Shown one piece after another: positions 38,226 through 47,988 of a DNA stretch of 64,000 nucleotides. The notes under the pieces are model-generated. The model searched no databases. It saw only the letters and a program-made list of their open reading frames with translations, and was not told the origin of the DNA. The translations under genes were made by a program, and so were the position numbers. The DNA lies in assembly GCA_035529595.1 (NCBI GenBank), contig DATKWK010000023.1:206961-270960 (forward strand). The letters are read 5' to 3'. This DNA is from Candidatus Bathyarchaeia archaeon. GTDB taxonomy: Bacteria > Patescibacteriota > Microgenomatia > PFEM01 > JAFGMK01. How positions within the stretch are numbered: position 1 is the first letter of the stretch; each line of letters opens with the position of its first letter.

Positions 38226-38648
38226 TCAGTTTAAAGGGGCTTTAAAAATTCGTTTTCCTCTTTTTAGTTCTTCGCGTACTCTAACTTTTAACATTTCTTC
38301 AGTCTCATCCCAACCAACAATGAATAAACTCTCTGGGCCTCTGATGGGAAATAGTCTTTGTTGGTGCGGAGTATTTGCTCCTATTGCTCCCTCTTGTCCT
38401 AGTAAAGGACTAGAAAAATAAAGTCCGCCAGATAAAAAATGATGGGCTAACAGCTCTGTCTGGTGCTGAAGTCGGTTCAAATCTTCAGTTACTGCTTTCT
38501 CATTGGAATAAACAATAGAACCATCAGTTAAACACAGCACCGACTCGCCTGCTGCAAGATGGATTTCTTTAAATCCTTCATCTCGAAAGTTCCTTACGAC
38601 TATAGCATGGCCTACAGATGGTTCTCCTTCGCGGTTTTCCATAGCCAT
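38226..38648 (-). CDS. Hypothetical protein
   Basis: 140-aa ORF in the co-directional run. Confidence 0.5.
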   Translation of the reverse strand: MAMENREGEPSVGHAIVVRNFRDEGFKEIHLAAGESVLCLTDGSIVYSNEKAVTEDLNRLQHQTELLAHHFLSGGLYFSSPLLGQEGAIGANTPHQQRLFPIRGPESLFIVGWDETEEMLKVRVREELKRGKRIFKAPLN

Positions 38649-38658
38649 ATCGATGTAA

Positions 38659-38835
38659 TTATATTAAAATATGGCAACTTTTGCCTTTGAGCTTTTCAGG
38701 CAACAAGTTTTTGTTTCTATCAGGATATTTTTCGTAACCCTTCCCATATCCTAATTCTTTCATCAATTTGGTAGGTGCGTTTCGTAAATGAAGCGGAATT
38801 GGCAGGTTTCCGTATTTCTTTACATCACTTAAAGC
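38659..38835 (-). pseudogene. Orphan 3' fragment of rarA (second copy)
   Basis: Translates to [52 protein letters not shown], matching the RarA C-terminus; no start codon at the junction. Confidence 0.88.
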
Positions 38836-39284
38836 TCTATCATATCAAGGTCAGGTCTATCAAATACCCTAGCGCCTTTAACTTTTTTGCCTTTAAGCAT
38901 TTCTTCTTTTAGCTTTTTATAATTTTCAGGCTCTAAGTAAAAATCCACATCGCCTACGTGGTATCTATAGGGGTCGGGTCTACGAATATAAAGATAGGTG
39001 TAAGTAGTTTCTGGAACCTCACCCTTTTTAGGAATGACAATCGGTTTGCGGAGTCGGTAGTATTTCTGATTTACAATCTCCGATTTCTCAGTTAGTCTTT
39101 CTCGTATTTTTATAAGTTTTTTGTATTCGCCTTCGTAGTGGCAAGATACTCCCATATTTCCTGCATTGGGCAAATATTTTCTAAATGACTGCTTACAAAG
39201 TTTGTAGCACTCAAAATGTATATGCTTTATAGCTTCTAAAAGTTGGGTCTCATTTTTAATCGGACTAAATCGGTAAAGCTTCAT
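38829..39284 (-). CDS. Hypothetical protein, probably 3'-truncated at the rarA-fragment junction
   Basis: Its stop codon lies inside the first codons of the rarA fragment. Confidence 0.6.
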   Translation of the reverse strand: MKLYRFSPIKNETQLLEAIKHIHFECYKLCKQSFRKYLPNAGNMGVSCHYEGEYKKLIKIRERLTEKSEIVNQKYYRLRKPIVIPKKGEVPETTYTYLYIRRPDPYRYHVGDVDFYLEPENYKKLKEEMLKGKKVKGARVFDRPDLDMIEL

Positions 39285-39333
39285 AAGTTTTCTGCTAAGA
39301 TAAGTTAATATAAATCAAAAGCAACTTCATCAA

Positions 39334-39768
39334 TTATTTTCTATTTTTCTTATATTCAATAAATTTTTGAATAGTGTCAGAGTAGCTTTCTGCCAAATTC
39401 AAACTAAGAGCTTCTTTTGGCGTTAGCCATTTATATGCCTTGATTTCTACACCATCAAGCTTTACTTTTTCGCCTGCTAACCTATAATACACATCAAAGT
39501 AAATAAAATGTGCTGGACGATGGAAATCTTTTGAATCAATTAGTTCGCCCCAAACAATTACATCAATAAATTTGACTTTCAGACCGACTTCTTCTTCTAC
39601 CTCTCTTGTAATACCTTCAGAAACCTTCTCTCCAGGGTCAATATGACCTCCAGGCATTGTCCACTTATTGCTCCATTTTGGGGATTGGGTCAGTAAGATT
39701 TGGCCTTCTTCGTTTTCAATAATCGCTGAACCAACTACCTCTACGCTCCTCGGGAATTTATTTTTCAT
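39334..39768 (-). CDS. NUDIX hydrolase
   Basis: GGHIDPGE......REVEEEVGL Nudix box. Confidence 0.92.
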   Translation of the reverse strand: MKNKFPRSVEVVGSAIIENEEGQILLTQSPKWSNKWTMPGGHIDPGEKVSEGITREVEEEVGLKVKFIDVIVWGELIDSKDFHRPAHFIYFDVYYRLAGEKVKLDGVEIKAYKWLTPKEALSLNLAESYSDTIQKFIEYKKNRK

Positions 39769-39959
39769 TGCCTATATTCTATATCACGGATTCACTGTAG
39801 GCAATTGCAGATTGAGGGTTAGAAGCGAATGAATTTCACTAATGCAAAATATGATCATCTTAATAATGGCTGGTCAACAAGCTCGTTAATTTTTTCAGAT
39901 TTTATACAAAATTTGTAGCCTGTTTTTGGAACTTTTCTTACGAGTCGCACTTGAGGATT

Positions 39960-40220
39960 TTATTTGTATAACTGACTATGAGTGCCCAGTGTCTCGAAAA
40001 TAACAATTGAAGGTTTGTGTTCTGAGTATATTGCTCGCCAGTCGCCAGTGATATTAATACTTTTGTAGCCTTTAAGACTTCCAGTCAACGAATGGTTGTT
40101 CAGAAGAGAGTGATAAGGATTTTCGAGAAAAAACCCAAGTCTTTTGTCAAAAGCAGAACGGATTTTTTTAGGTGCCTGGGTGTATTGCTTGACAAATTTT
40201 CTGCTAAAGCTGGTTCGCAT
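39960..40220 (-). CDS. RelE/YafQ-family mRNA interferase toxin
   Basis: NHSLTG...SINITGDWRAIY...LGTHSQLY. Confidence 0.9.
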   Translation of the reverse strand: MRTSFSRKFVKQYTQAPKKIRSAFDKRLGFFLENPYHSLLNNHSLTGSLKGYKSINITGDWRAIYSEHKPSIVIFETLGTHSQLYK

Positions 40221-40506
40221 ACTTTCTATTAGGGTTATTCAACCATTTTATGGCTTCATCTGCTTTGTCAAGAGCAGGAGAAATAAAACCCACTTTAATA
40301 TCTTTTTTAGAGTTTTTTAGAGTTTGTAAAAGATAATCAGTAGGCTCTTCGTTTAGGTTGAAAGAAACACTTTTCGTGCGAATCAATTGCCTTAAGTAGG
40401 CGTTAATGATGGCACTTAAACTCAGGCCTAATTTTTCAGCTACTGCTCGAGCCTGGTTTTTAATTTCGGTATCAGTTCTGATATTAATTAGTGTAGTGTT
40501 ATTCAT
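40204..40506 (-). CDS. RelB/DinJ-family antitoxin
   Basis: INIRTD..IK.QA..VA..LGLSLS.IINAYLRQ RHH domain; overlaps the toxin gene. Confidence 0.88.
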   Translation of the reverse strand: MNNTTLINIRTDTEIKNQARAVAEKLGLSLSAIINAYLRQLIRTKSVSFNLNEEPTDYLLQTLKNSKKDIKVGFISPALDKADEAIKWLNNPNRKYANQL

Positions 40507-40515
40507 AGTAAAGTC

Positions 40516-40544
40516 ATTATATACACAATGTGGGTATATGTCAA
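40516..40544 (-). promoter_or_regulatory. Toxin-antitoxin promoter with palindromic operator
   Basis: TTGACA-17-TATAAT, with an ATATAC...GTATAT imperfect palindrome spanning the spacer. Confidence 0.7.
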
Positions 40545-40567
40545 GAAGCAGAAATTCAAAACCGAAC

Positions 40568-41764
40568 CTAAGATTTATAATACTTTTTACCTTTTATTTT
40601 ATCAGGTAAAAGACTTTTATCCTTATCAGGATATTTTTCATAGCCTTTTCCGTAACCTAATTCTTTCATCAGTTTCGTGGGAGCGTTTCTTAGATGGAGC
40701 GGAATGGGAAGGTTGCCGTACTTTTTTACATCACTTAAAGCCTCCATATAGGCGTCGTAGGCGGAGCGGTCTTTTCTGGCCAATGCCAGGTAGACTGTAC
40801 CGTGAGCCAGGTTTTCTTGGCATTCCGGGTAGCCAATGGTCTCACAAGCCCGGAAAACATCGTTGGCGACCACCAGGGCGGTTGGTTGGGCCATGCCGAT
40901 ATCCTCAGAGGCAAAGATAACCATCCGGCGGGCGATGAACAATGGATCCTCCCCTACCTCGACCATTCGGGCCAGATAATAAAGGGCGGCATCGACGTCC
41001 GAAGCTCGCATGCTTTTTATAAATGAACTGATGGTGTTGTAATGCTCCTCGCCTGCCCGGTCATAGAAGAGATTTTCTTTCTGCGCGGCTGTTTCTATTT
41101 GTGAGACAGTTATCTTTTTAGTCTTAGGAAATAACTTACTCGCGATTTCAATAATATTTAATACCTGACGGGCATCGTGGTTTGCAATCTGCAGTAAGAA
41201 TTTACTCGCATTATTTTCCAAGCTAATTTTAAGATACTTCTCTCCTCTTTTGGCAATTTCTAAGAGATCGGTTTCCGCAAGTTCGCTTAAAGTCAAAACT
41301 CGGCAGCGGGAAAGCAGCGGTCCGATAACCTTAAACGAAGGATTTTCAGTAGTCGCACCGATCAAGATAATCGTTCCGTCTTCCACGTAAGGTAAGAAAG
41401 CATCCTGTTGGGCCTTATTGAAACGGTGAATTTCGTCAATAAAAAGAATTGTTTTACGGCTAAAACCAACTAGATTTTTTTTAGCACCTTCGACTACCTT
41501 ATTGATATCTGCTTTTTTAGCACTGACCGCTGAATATTCAATGAAATCTGATTTTGTGGTCTGAGCAATAATTCGTGCCAGGGTTGTTTTTCCGGATCCG
41601 GGCGGTCCCCAGAGTATCAGTGAGAAAAGATCGCCTTTTTGGATAAATTTTCTGATAATTCCACCCTGGCCGACCAAGTGCTCCTGACCGACGAATTGGT
41701 CAAGATTAACCGGCCGGATTCTTTCGGCGAGCGGCTTGTAAAAGTCAAGTTGAGGCAAATTCAT
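40568..41764 (-). CDS. rarA: Replication-associated recombination protein A (RarA/MgsA)
   Basis: [48 protein letters not shown]. Confidence 0.96.
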   Translation of the reverse strand: MNLPQLDFYKPLAERIRPVNLDQFVGQEHLVGQGGIIRKFIQKGDLFSLILWGPPGSGKTTLARIIAQTTKSDFIEYSAVSAKKADINKVVEGAKKNLVGFSRKTILFIDEIHRFNKAQQDAFLPYVEDGTIILIGATTENPSFKVIGPLLSRCRVLTLSELAETDLLEIAKRGEKYLKISLENNASKFLLQIANHDARQVLNIIEIASKLFPKTKKITVSQIETAAQKENLFYDRAGEEHYNTISSFIKSMRASDVDAALYYLARMVEVGEDPLFIARRMVIFASEDIGMAQPTALVVANDVFRACETIGYPECQENLAHGTVYLALARKDRSAYDAYMEALSDVKKYGNLPIPLHLRNAPTKLMKELGYGKGYEKYPDKDKSLLPDKIKGKKYYKS

Positions 41765-41832
41765 GCCTCTATCATAACCCGAAGAAAAACCAAAATCAAT
41801 TCTCAGTCGGTGACATTGTTGAATAATTCAAT

Positions 41833-41931
41833 GTCATTCTGAACGAAGTGAAGAATCTAGGTCCGATTAAATCGGACCGTATTTTACGCTATCGCTAGAT
41901 GCTTCGGTCGAAACTTCGATCTCAGGATGAC
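41833..41931. repeat. REP-like palindromic element flanked by 14-bp direct repeats
   Basis: GTCATTCTGAACGAAGTGAAGAATCT ... AGATGCTTCG...CTCAGGATGAC imperfect inverted ends; TCTCAGTCGGTGAC at 41801 and 41956. Confidence 0.7.
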
Positions 41932-41957
41932 GGTGCGAAAAAAAATATTCAACAGTC

Positions 41958-42383
41958 TCAGTCGGTGACTTCAAATTTGACATCTAAGTCGATATTGGGT
42001 GGCAGCAAAGAAGATTCCCGGAAATTGGCTTTTTTTAATTCCAAATCTAAGTCTTCAAGATCCTTTTCGATTTTAAGAATGGCTGAACTGCTGGCATAAG
42101 CCGAAGCCGAGGCAATGGTTGGTTCTCTGGTCGGTATCTCGGTCGGTACGAGAGGAAGAGGTTTTGGTTTTTCTATTTTGGAAAATTTAGTTAAAATTAC
42201 CAATATGATTACTACAAAAATTAAAACAGAAGCCAAAATTAGTGGTATTTTTTTATCAGGTGAGATTTTTTTAAAAAAGGAGCCAATTCTTGAGAAATCA
42301 GGCAGACGGAAACTTTTTTTTCCGCTTGAATCCCCTTCTATTACCGGGCTGGGAATTACATCGCTGGTATTTTCAATCGCCAC
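41958..42383 (-). CDS. Single-TM hypothetical protein
   Basis: TM helix, PT linker, L.PP.ID C-terminus. Confidence 0.6.
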   Translation of the reverse strand: MAIENTSDVIPSPVIEGDSSGKKSFRLPDFSRIGSFFKKISPDKKIPLILASVLIFVVIILVILTKFSKIEKPKPLPLVPTEIPTREPTIASASAYASSSAILKIEKDLEDLDLELKKANFRESSLLPPNIDLDVKFEVTD

Positions 42384-43251
42384 GTTTTATCTCCTTGACA
42401 ATTTCGATTAATGCACCAAGCGTTTCCTTCAAGTACTGGTGTCCTTGTTCAATAACATAGACTGACCCGTTGAAACTATGGTTTTTTTCTGATGATTTTA
42501 ATTTCTCAGTTATGGTATATGATTTTAACTCGCTAAATTTCTCTTCACTTCTGGATTTGCGGTTTTTGGCTTCGAGCAACCAGCGTTCAATAGTTGAGGT
42601 ATCTTTATCGGCTCGATTGCGAATCTCGATTATTTTATCATCAATAACTTCGATTTGACGCGCTACTAGGTCTTGAAATATATCTTCTTTATAGAGAAAC
42701 ATTTCTAAGAGAGATTGATAAATATATGATTCAGTTCTATTGTACCGGCTTTGGGCAAGATTAGAGATTTTGATTAGATCGGGAATTGTCCCGGCGCTGG
42801 TTAATGTTTCCCGATGCTGGCGGTACCAGGTAATTTCTTCGTCGAGTAGTAAATACAAGACATTAAGTTTGCTTGAGGCAATATTAGTTTCCTCTGCCAA
42901 TTTAGCTCTAAGAGTGATTAAAAAAGCGGCGATTACCTCATCCCGTGATTGAAGCATTCTAATGGTTTGCTCAAGAGCAATCGTTTTTGCCGTTAAAGTT
43001 TTATAGGCTTCATACTGATTTTTTGCCAGCAAATATTCTTTATGAGCTTGAACGTAGGAATTATATACCTGAACATAGTCCCGATAAGCCTTTTCAAAAT
43101 CAAATTCATTCGGGCTGGCAATCAGGTTTATAGAAGGAATAGCGGTCGGCGATTCTTGTTGCGCAAAAATTACAGGCCGGTAACAGAGAAAGAAAACGTA
43201 AACGAAAAACAAACAGAGAACCAATCGGGCAGCAATTAAACGACTTCTCAT
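42373..43251 (-). CDS. Secreted alpha-helical protein
   Basis: Signal peptide (..VIFAQ), helical composition. Confidence 0.6.
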   Translation of the reverse strand: MRSRLIAARLVLCLFFVYVFFLCYRPVIFAQQESPTAIPSINLIASPNEFDFEKAYRDYVQVYNSYVQAHKEYLLAKNQYEAYKTLTAKTIALEQTIRMLQSRDEVIAAFLITLRAKLAEETNIASSKLNVLYLLLDEEITWYRQHRETLTSAGTIPDLIKISNLAQSRYNRTESYIYQSLLEMFLYKEDIFQDLVARQIEVIDDKIIEIRNRADKDTSTIERWLLEAKNRKSRSEEKFSELKSYTITEKLKSSEKNHSFNGSVYVIEQGHQYLKETLGALIEIVKEIKRGD

Positions 43252-43400
43252 TAGCTCTAGTTTAGACTTTTTTTAACTGGCTTGTCAATTACGTCGAGTT
43301 GACTGTAGTTTTCCTTCAAAATTAACCAAATAAGATCTTTACAAGATTATTAAGTTATACAGTATAAAGTCAAAATACCAGAAGGGTAAGAATCTGAAAC

Positions 43401-43760
43401 TCAATGCTTATTATACAGATAAGAAAATAAGATAAATAAGGGGTCGTTAGTAACTTTACTTTTTGTTATAAAAAAAATCGAAAAAACAAAGATAAAAAGT
43501 CCTGCTAAAATGTGGACAGTTTTAATTTGATCAGTCGGTTTTACCAGTAAAGCGATTCCGTAAAAACCATCAATTACGGTTGAAACATAGATAATGATAG
43601 CTTTTTCAACTAATCCTTCTTGGATCTGGAAAGAGTGGTATTCATTTGTATGGAATATTATTGGATAGATGAAAAAAATTGATACTGCCGAAAGTATTAT
43701 GTGATAAAAACCAAAGATAATAAGAAGGTAAGATACAATTTTTGACAGGATGTTTTTCAT
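43401..43760 (-). CDS. Small multi-TM membrane protein
   Basis: Three hydrophobic helices; start at MKNILSK. Confidence 0.55.
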   Translation of the reverse strand: MKNILSKIVSYLLIIFGFYHIILSAVSIFFIYPIIFHTNEYHSFQIQEGLVEKAIIIYVSTVIDGFYGIALLVKPTDQIKTVHILAGLFIFVFSIFFITKSKVTNDPLFILFSYLYNKH

Positions 43761-43761
43761 T

Positions 43762-44976
43762 CTACTCATAGCGTAGGGCGGTAATCGGATCAAGACGGGC
43801 AGCTTTTGCTGCCGGTGCGACGCCAAAAATAATGCCGACCAGTGAGGAAACTCCAAATGATAGAATTATCGCCCAAGGAGCGATCGTTGTTTGAATAAAA
43901 TAATTAATTGCCAAAGAACCGAGAACGCCGATTATGATACCGATTAAGCCGCCACAAACAGAAAAAATAACCGCTTCGGCGATAAACTGGATAAGAATCG
44001 CTCTGGGGGGAGCGCCAACTGCCTTTCTTAAGCCAATTTCCCTGGTTCTTTCAGTGACGGAAACGAGCATGATATTCATTATGCCGATTCCGCCTACCAA
44101 AAGTGATATGGCAGCGATGCCACCGAGGGCGGCAGTTAAAACACTCAGTATTGAAGAGATGGTATCTAAGAGACTCTTAGTGTCTAAAACCGAAAAATCT
44201 TCTTTTTCAAAGTCTTCCAGTAAGATATCTTCGATTTCTTGTTTTGTTTCGCTGACAGTTTCCGCACTTTCAGAGACGATCCAAAAGGATTGTATATATT
44301 CCAATTCATTTAAATCCATCACCGTAGTCCAGGGGGCAAATGCCAGATCGTCATAGCTGACACCGGCAAAGCCACCCTTTTCTTCGAGTACGCCAATCAC
44401 GGTATATCGCTGATCGGAGATGGTGATTTTTTTACCGATAGGGTCTTGATTTCCAAAAAGCTCTTCAGCCGCTTTTGTGCCCAGAATAACTACTCTTTTG
44501 CTGCTTCTTTCTTGAGAAGGAGTGAAAAAACTGCCCTCGATTACATTCTGATTTCTGATCTCCGGGTATTCACTGCCGACTCCGGATAATTGGGTGATAT
44601 GAGTTTTGCTCTGGTATTTAAGACTGGCGTTGGATTCGATGTAAGGCATGATATATTTTATCGTTTTAGCCTTGCTTTTCAGTTTAGACAAATGGCGCTC
44701 GGTAAATTTGGGTAAGGCAGCGCCCGCTCCCGGGGTACTGCCGGTGTTACCACCATCCGAACCGAGACCAATGTTTCCCGGCATTACAAAAACTGTGTTT
44801 GAGCCCAGCTCTGATAATTGTTTAGTGATGTAGTTTTTAAGTCCAGTGCCAATTGAAAGCAGTAGAATTACCGAGCTAACTCCAATAACAATACCCAGCA
44901 TGGTTAAAAAAGACCGCGTCTTATTTGCCTTAAGAGCGCTAAAGGCAATTTTTATTGTTTCACTCAATTCAATCAT
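43762..44976 (-). CDS. MacB/FtsX-type ABC permease
   Basis: RSFLTMLGIVIGV, GGIGIMNIMLVSVTERTREIGLRKAVGA, PA.KAARLDPI.ALRYE. Confidence 0.93.
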   Translation of the reverse strand: MIELSETIKIAFSALKANKTRSFLTMLGIVIGVSSVILLLSIGTGLKNYITKQLSELGSNTVFVMPGNIGLGSDGGNTGSTPGAGAALPKFTERHLSKLKSKAKTIKYIMPYIESNASLKYQSKTHITQLSGVGSEYPEIRNQNVIEGSFFTPSQERSSKRVVILGTKAAEELFGNQDPIGKKITISDQRYTVIGVLEEKGGFAGVSYDDLAFAPWTTVMDLNELEYIQSFWIVSESAETVSETKQEIEDILLEDFEKEDFSVLDTKSLLDTISSILSVLTAALGGIAAISLLVGGIGIMNIMLVSVTERTREIGLRKAVGAPPRAILIQFIAEAVIFSVCGGLIGIIIGVLGSLAINYFIQTTIAPWAIILSFGVSSLVGIIFGVAPAAKAARLDPITALRYE

Positions 44977-45656
44977 GTTGTCGGGCTGTCGGAGATAATT
45001 TTGCCGTCCCGGACACGGACGATTCTTTTAGCAAAGGCGGCAATTTCTCCTTCATGAGTAACCATAACGATAGTTATCCCCTTTTGATTTAAAGAAGTAA
45101 AAATAGCCATGATTTCTTGACCTGACTTTGTATCCAAATTACCGGTGGGTTCGTCGGCCATAATCACTCTCGGATTATTTACCAATGCCCTGGCAATAGC
45201 CACTCTTTGCTGCTCGCCGCCGGAAAGTTGATTGGGAAAGTGATTTATTCGGTCTTTTAAACCGACTCTTTCCAGAGCAGCCAGAGCTTTTTCTTTTCTG
45301 ATTTTCATTTTCATGCCGACATAGATTAAGGGCAAGGAAACATTATCTACCGCAGTCATACGAGGGATCAAATTGAAGCTCTGAAAGACAAAACCGATTT
45401 CCCGACTGCGAATGTTTGCCAGTTCGGTTTCATTTAAATTGGATACGTTCCGGTTGTTAAAGATAATTTTTCCTGAGCTGGGAGTATCCAAACAGCCAGC
45501 CAGATGCATGAGAGTTGATTTACCGCTACCCGAGGGACCCATAATAGCGACAAACTCTCCGCTCTCGACTTCAAAGTCATCCCGGTCAAGTGCCGTGACC
45601 GATACTCCATCCATTTGATAGACTTTGGAGACATTGACTAACTTAAGAAGAGGCAT
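44973..45656 (-). CDS. ABC transporter ATP-binding protein (LolD/MacB type)
   Basis: GPSGSGKS, LSGGEQQR, ADEPTGNLD, VTH. Confidence 0.95.
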   Translation of the reverse strand: MPLLKLVNVSKVYQMDGVSVTALDRDDFEVESGEFVAIMGPSGSGKSTLMHLAGCLDTPSSGKIIFNNRNVSNLNETELANIRSREIGFVFQSFNLIPRMTAVDNVSLPLIYVGMKMKIRKEKALAALERVGLKDRINHFPNQLSGGEQQRVAIARALVNNPRVIMADEPTGNLDTKSGQEIMAIFTSLNQKGITIVMVTHEGEIAAFAKRIVRVRDGKIISDSPTT

Positions 45657-45665
45657 ATTATTTAT

Positions 45666-46754
45666 TTATTTTTTTGCCGGCTTTTTCTTTTCACCGATAA
45701 TTACTTTTTCATCACCAGCCAAACCGGAAATTATCTCGATCCGGCTGTCGTTGAAGATTCCGGTTTTAATTTCCAGCGTCTGAATTTTTTTATCGGTAAT
45801 AATTTTTACCAGAGTTTTTCCGTCTTTTTCTTCAATCGCGTCAAGCGGTAAGCTGAGAATATTTTCTCTTTCAGCGATAATGATTTCGGCATCACCGTTC
45901 ATGCCAATTTTAAATCTGTAATCATTGTTTTCGGGAAGCAGGGCTTCAATAGAAAAAGCAGTTCCGCCGCCTCTAGTAGTGGTAGAGGTAAAGTCGATTT
46001 TACTGATTTCGCCAGTTAACTCCTGATCGGAGTAAGCGCTCAGATTGATAATGAGCTTTTGGCCGACTCTTACCTGAGCGATGTCCGCCTCATCAACGTT
46101 GGCTTCAAAGATCATGGTTTCCGGATTAGCAACGGTAAAGGTAGCGGTTGCCGGTGTAATATTGATCCCGGCGATAACAGTGTCCATGTTAGTGACCAGA
46201 CCGTCGATCGGTGAATAAATAGTCGCCAGATTATAGGCTTCTTGAGCTATTTCAACATCCAAAACAGTCTTATTCAAATCAAATTGAGCTTTTTCCAGTA
46301 TTCTTTTGGCAGCTTCGGTGAGTAAGGATTTTTCCAAGGGTAAACCGGAAGTCTTGTTATCGGCATGGCTCTGCTCGAAATCCCATCTTTCGTTCAGGTA
46401 ATCATAAACTTCTTTTTCCAGACTTCTCTTAAGGTCTTTTTTATCTAAAGAAGCGATTGCCTGCCATTTTTTTACGTGATCGCCTTTCTTTACCCCGATC
46501 CAGGCAAGTTCACCCGAAGTTTGAAATTTTAAGGTTACCTGTTCTTTTGCCTTGACAGTTCCGGAAACATCAACCGATTGGATTAAATCTGAACTTCGGG
46601 GATTAACAGTTTCATACTCGGATTCGGGGCCGGCAAGGATTGCCTTTACTTTCCGGGGTAGATAAATTGTTGCCACAAGAACTAGAAGTATAATCACACC
46701 TACTTTAACCGGATGTGATTTTATCCACTGATAGAGGCGGAATAATATCTTCAT
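45666..46754 (-). CDS. MacA-like periplasmic adaptor subunit
   Basis: SG.V, lipoyl-hybrid motifs, IYSPIDGLV, VDEADIAQV..GQ. Confidence 0.88.
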   Translation of the reverse strand: MKILFRLYQWIKSHPVKVGVIILLVLVATIYLPRKVKAILAGPESEYETVNPRSSDLIQSVDVSGTVKAKEQVTLKFQTSGELAWIGVKKGDHVKKWQAIASLDKKDLKRSLEKEVYDYLNERWDFEQSHADNKTSGLPLEKSLLTEAAKRILEKAQFDLNKTVLDVEIAQEAYNLATIYSPIDGLVTNMDTVIAGINITPATATFTVANPETMIFEANVDEADIAQVRVGQKLIINLSAYSDQELTGEISKIDFTSTTTRGGGTAFSIEALLPENNDYRFKIGMNGDAEIIIAERENILSLPLDAIEEKDGKTLVKIITDKKIQTLEIKTGIFNDSRIEIISGLAGDEKVIIGEKKKPAKK

Positions 46755-46936
46755 TGATTGCTATTTTATCTTTCTTTAGGCCAAAAAAACAAGTATCTGT
46801 TCATAATAAACCCCAGACTGGGAGCAAATATTATTCCAAAGCAAGGTAAAAACTTAAGGCAGGAGAAAAAATCAGCTCAGAAAGGTGCGGATTTAGACCG
46901 GGAAATTCAATTGAATTATGTTAGCAATAATAACAA

Positions 46937-47533
46937 TCAACCGATTAGCGATTTCATACGGTCTTGGAACGCATCAAAGCTAGAATAAAATTCAGAATGA
47001 AACCCGAAACTTTTTGCTGACTTTACATTTTCCGTATCGTCGTCCCACACCAAAACTTCGGATTTATTTGGTTTGCCAAGATGTTTGTGAATCGCTGACC
47101 AAAATTCTGGTTGTGGTTTCAGGAAACCAAGTTCAGCGGAAGAAAAAACTGCGTCAAAAAAGTTTTTCAAACCAAGATTATCAAATAGATATTGAACGCG
47201 ATATTTTTCGTTATTAGTGTCCAAGTAACAGCGCATGCCACGATTTCTTAAATTTTTTACGCATTCGAGCAATTTCTTATCCAGATTGCTTTCGTGTTCA
47301 AACCAAAACGAAAGCAGATCTTCAACCGATCTTTGCCAATTCCATTGATCAAGATATTTAGCCAGTTCTTGTTTTAAGTCAGCCTCGTTGACTAAACAAA
47401 GCTGAAATTCATTTTTGAAAAACGGGAGTACCTTTTTTATCGGTACTCCGAATTTTTCGGAGAAGCGCTGGCTAAAATACATTTCCCGATGGATAACCAT
47501 ACCATCGGTATCGAATATAACTGTCTTTATCAT
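46937..47533 (-). CDS. HAD-family hydrolase
   Basis: FDTDGMV, TNN, KP, DD...NV.SA. Confidence 0.88.
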   Translation of the reverse strand: MIKTVIFDTDGMVIHREMYFSQRFSEKFGVPIKKVLPFFKNEFQLCLVNEADLKQELAKYLDQWNWQRSVEDLLSFWFEHESNLDKKLLECVKNLRNRGMRCYLDTNNEKYRVQYLFDNLGLKNFFDAVFSSAELGFLKPQPEFWSAIHKHLGKPNKSEVLVWDDDTENVKSAKSFGFHSEFYSSFDAFQDRMKSLIG

Positions 47534-47654
47534 AAAAATTAGTAATTTTCTTTACCCCATACAAATTACTAGTTCGTTTATGCCCCCAAATTAAATATGA
47601 ATTAGTGACAAGCGACACGAGGCGAATCAAGACCGCCTGCAATTTCCTACGTAG

Positions 47655-47738
47655 TGCCGAGGGTGGGATTTGAACCCACACAAGGTTTCCCCCACAGGAT
47701 CCTAAATCCTGCGCGTCTGCCAATTCCGCCACCCCGGC
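47655..47738 (-). tRNA. tRNA-Leu(TAG)
   Basis: GCCGGGG acceptor, CAGGA-TT-TAG-GA-TCCTG anticodon arm, long variable arm. Confidence 0.95.
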
Positions 47739-47745
47739 ATTTTCA

Positions 47746-47988
47746 TTAAAGTGTCCGTTTTAAATATGATCTTCCAAAGCCAGATTTAAGTTGCTTTTCT
47801 CTAAGAATCGCTTTTTCCTTTGAAAGACAAGCTTCAAAGTAGACAAGATTAAAGGGTAGTCTATTTTTTGTTACCCTAATTTTCCCCAGGTTATGTTTTT
47901 TATATCTCTTTCTAAGGTTATGAGTCCATCCAATATAATATTTATCATCTAAGCTACTTTTTAATACGTATGTATAATAAAATCTCAT
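47746..47988 (-). CDS. Small GIY-YIG nuclease (UPF0213/Slx1-like)
   Basis: YYTYVLKS...YYIGWT.NL.KR...HN.G...TK.R.P..LVYFEAC....A..RE..LKSG.GR. Confidence 0.92.
   Translation of the reverse strand: MRFYYTYVLKSSLDDKYYIGWTHNLRKRYKKHNLGKIRVTKNRLPFNLVYFEACLSKEKAILREKQLKSGFGRSYLKRTL

Noticed and set aside
37892-40506. Run of small co-directional genes as an integron cassette array
   Set aside because: No attC-like paired core sites between the genes and no integron integrase; the rarA 3' duplication explains the region better.
47472-47732. ORFs overlapping tRNAs (also 51465-51662, 55889-56080, 59707-59895)
   Set aside because: These are translations of tRNA sequence, not proteins.
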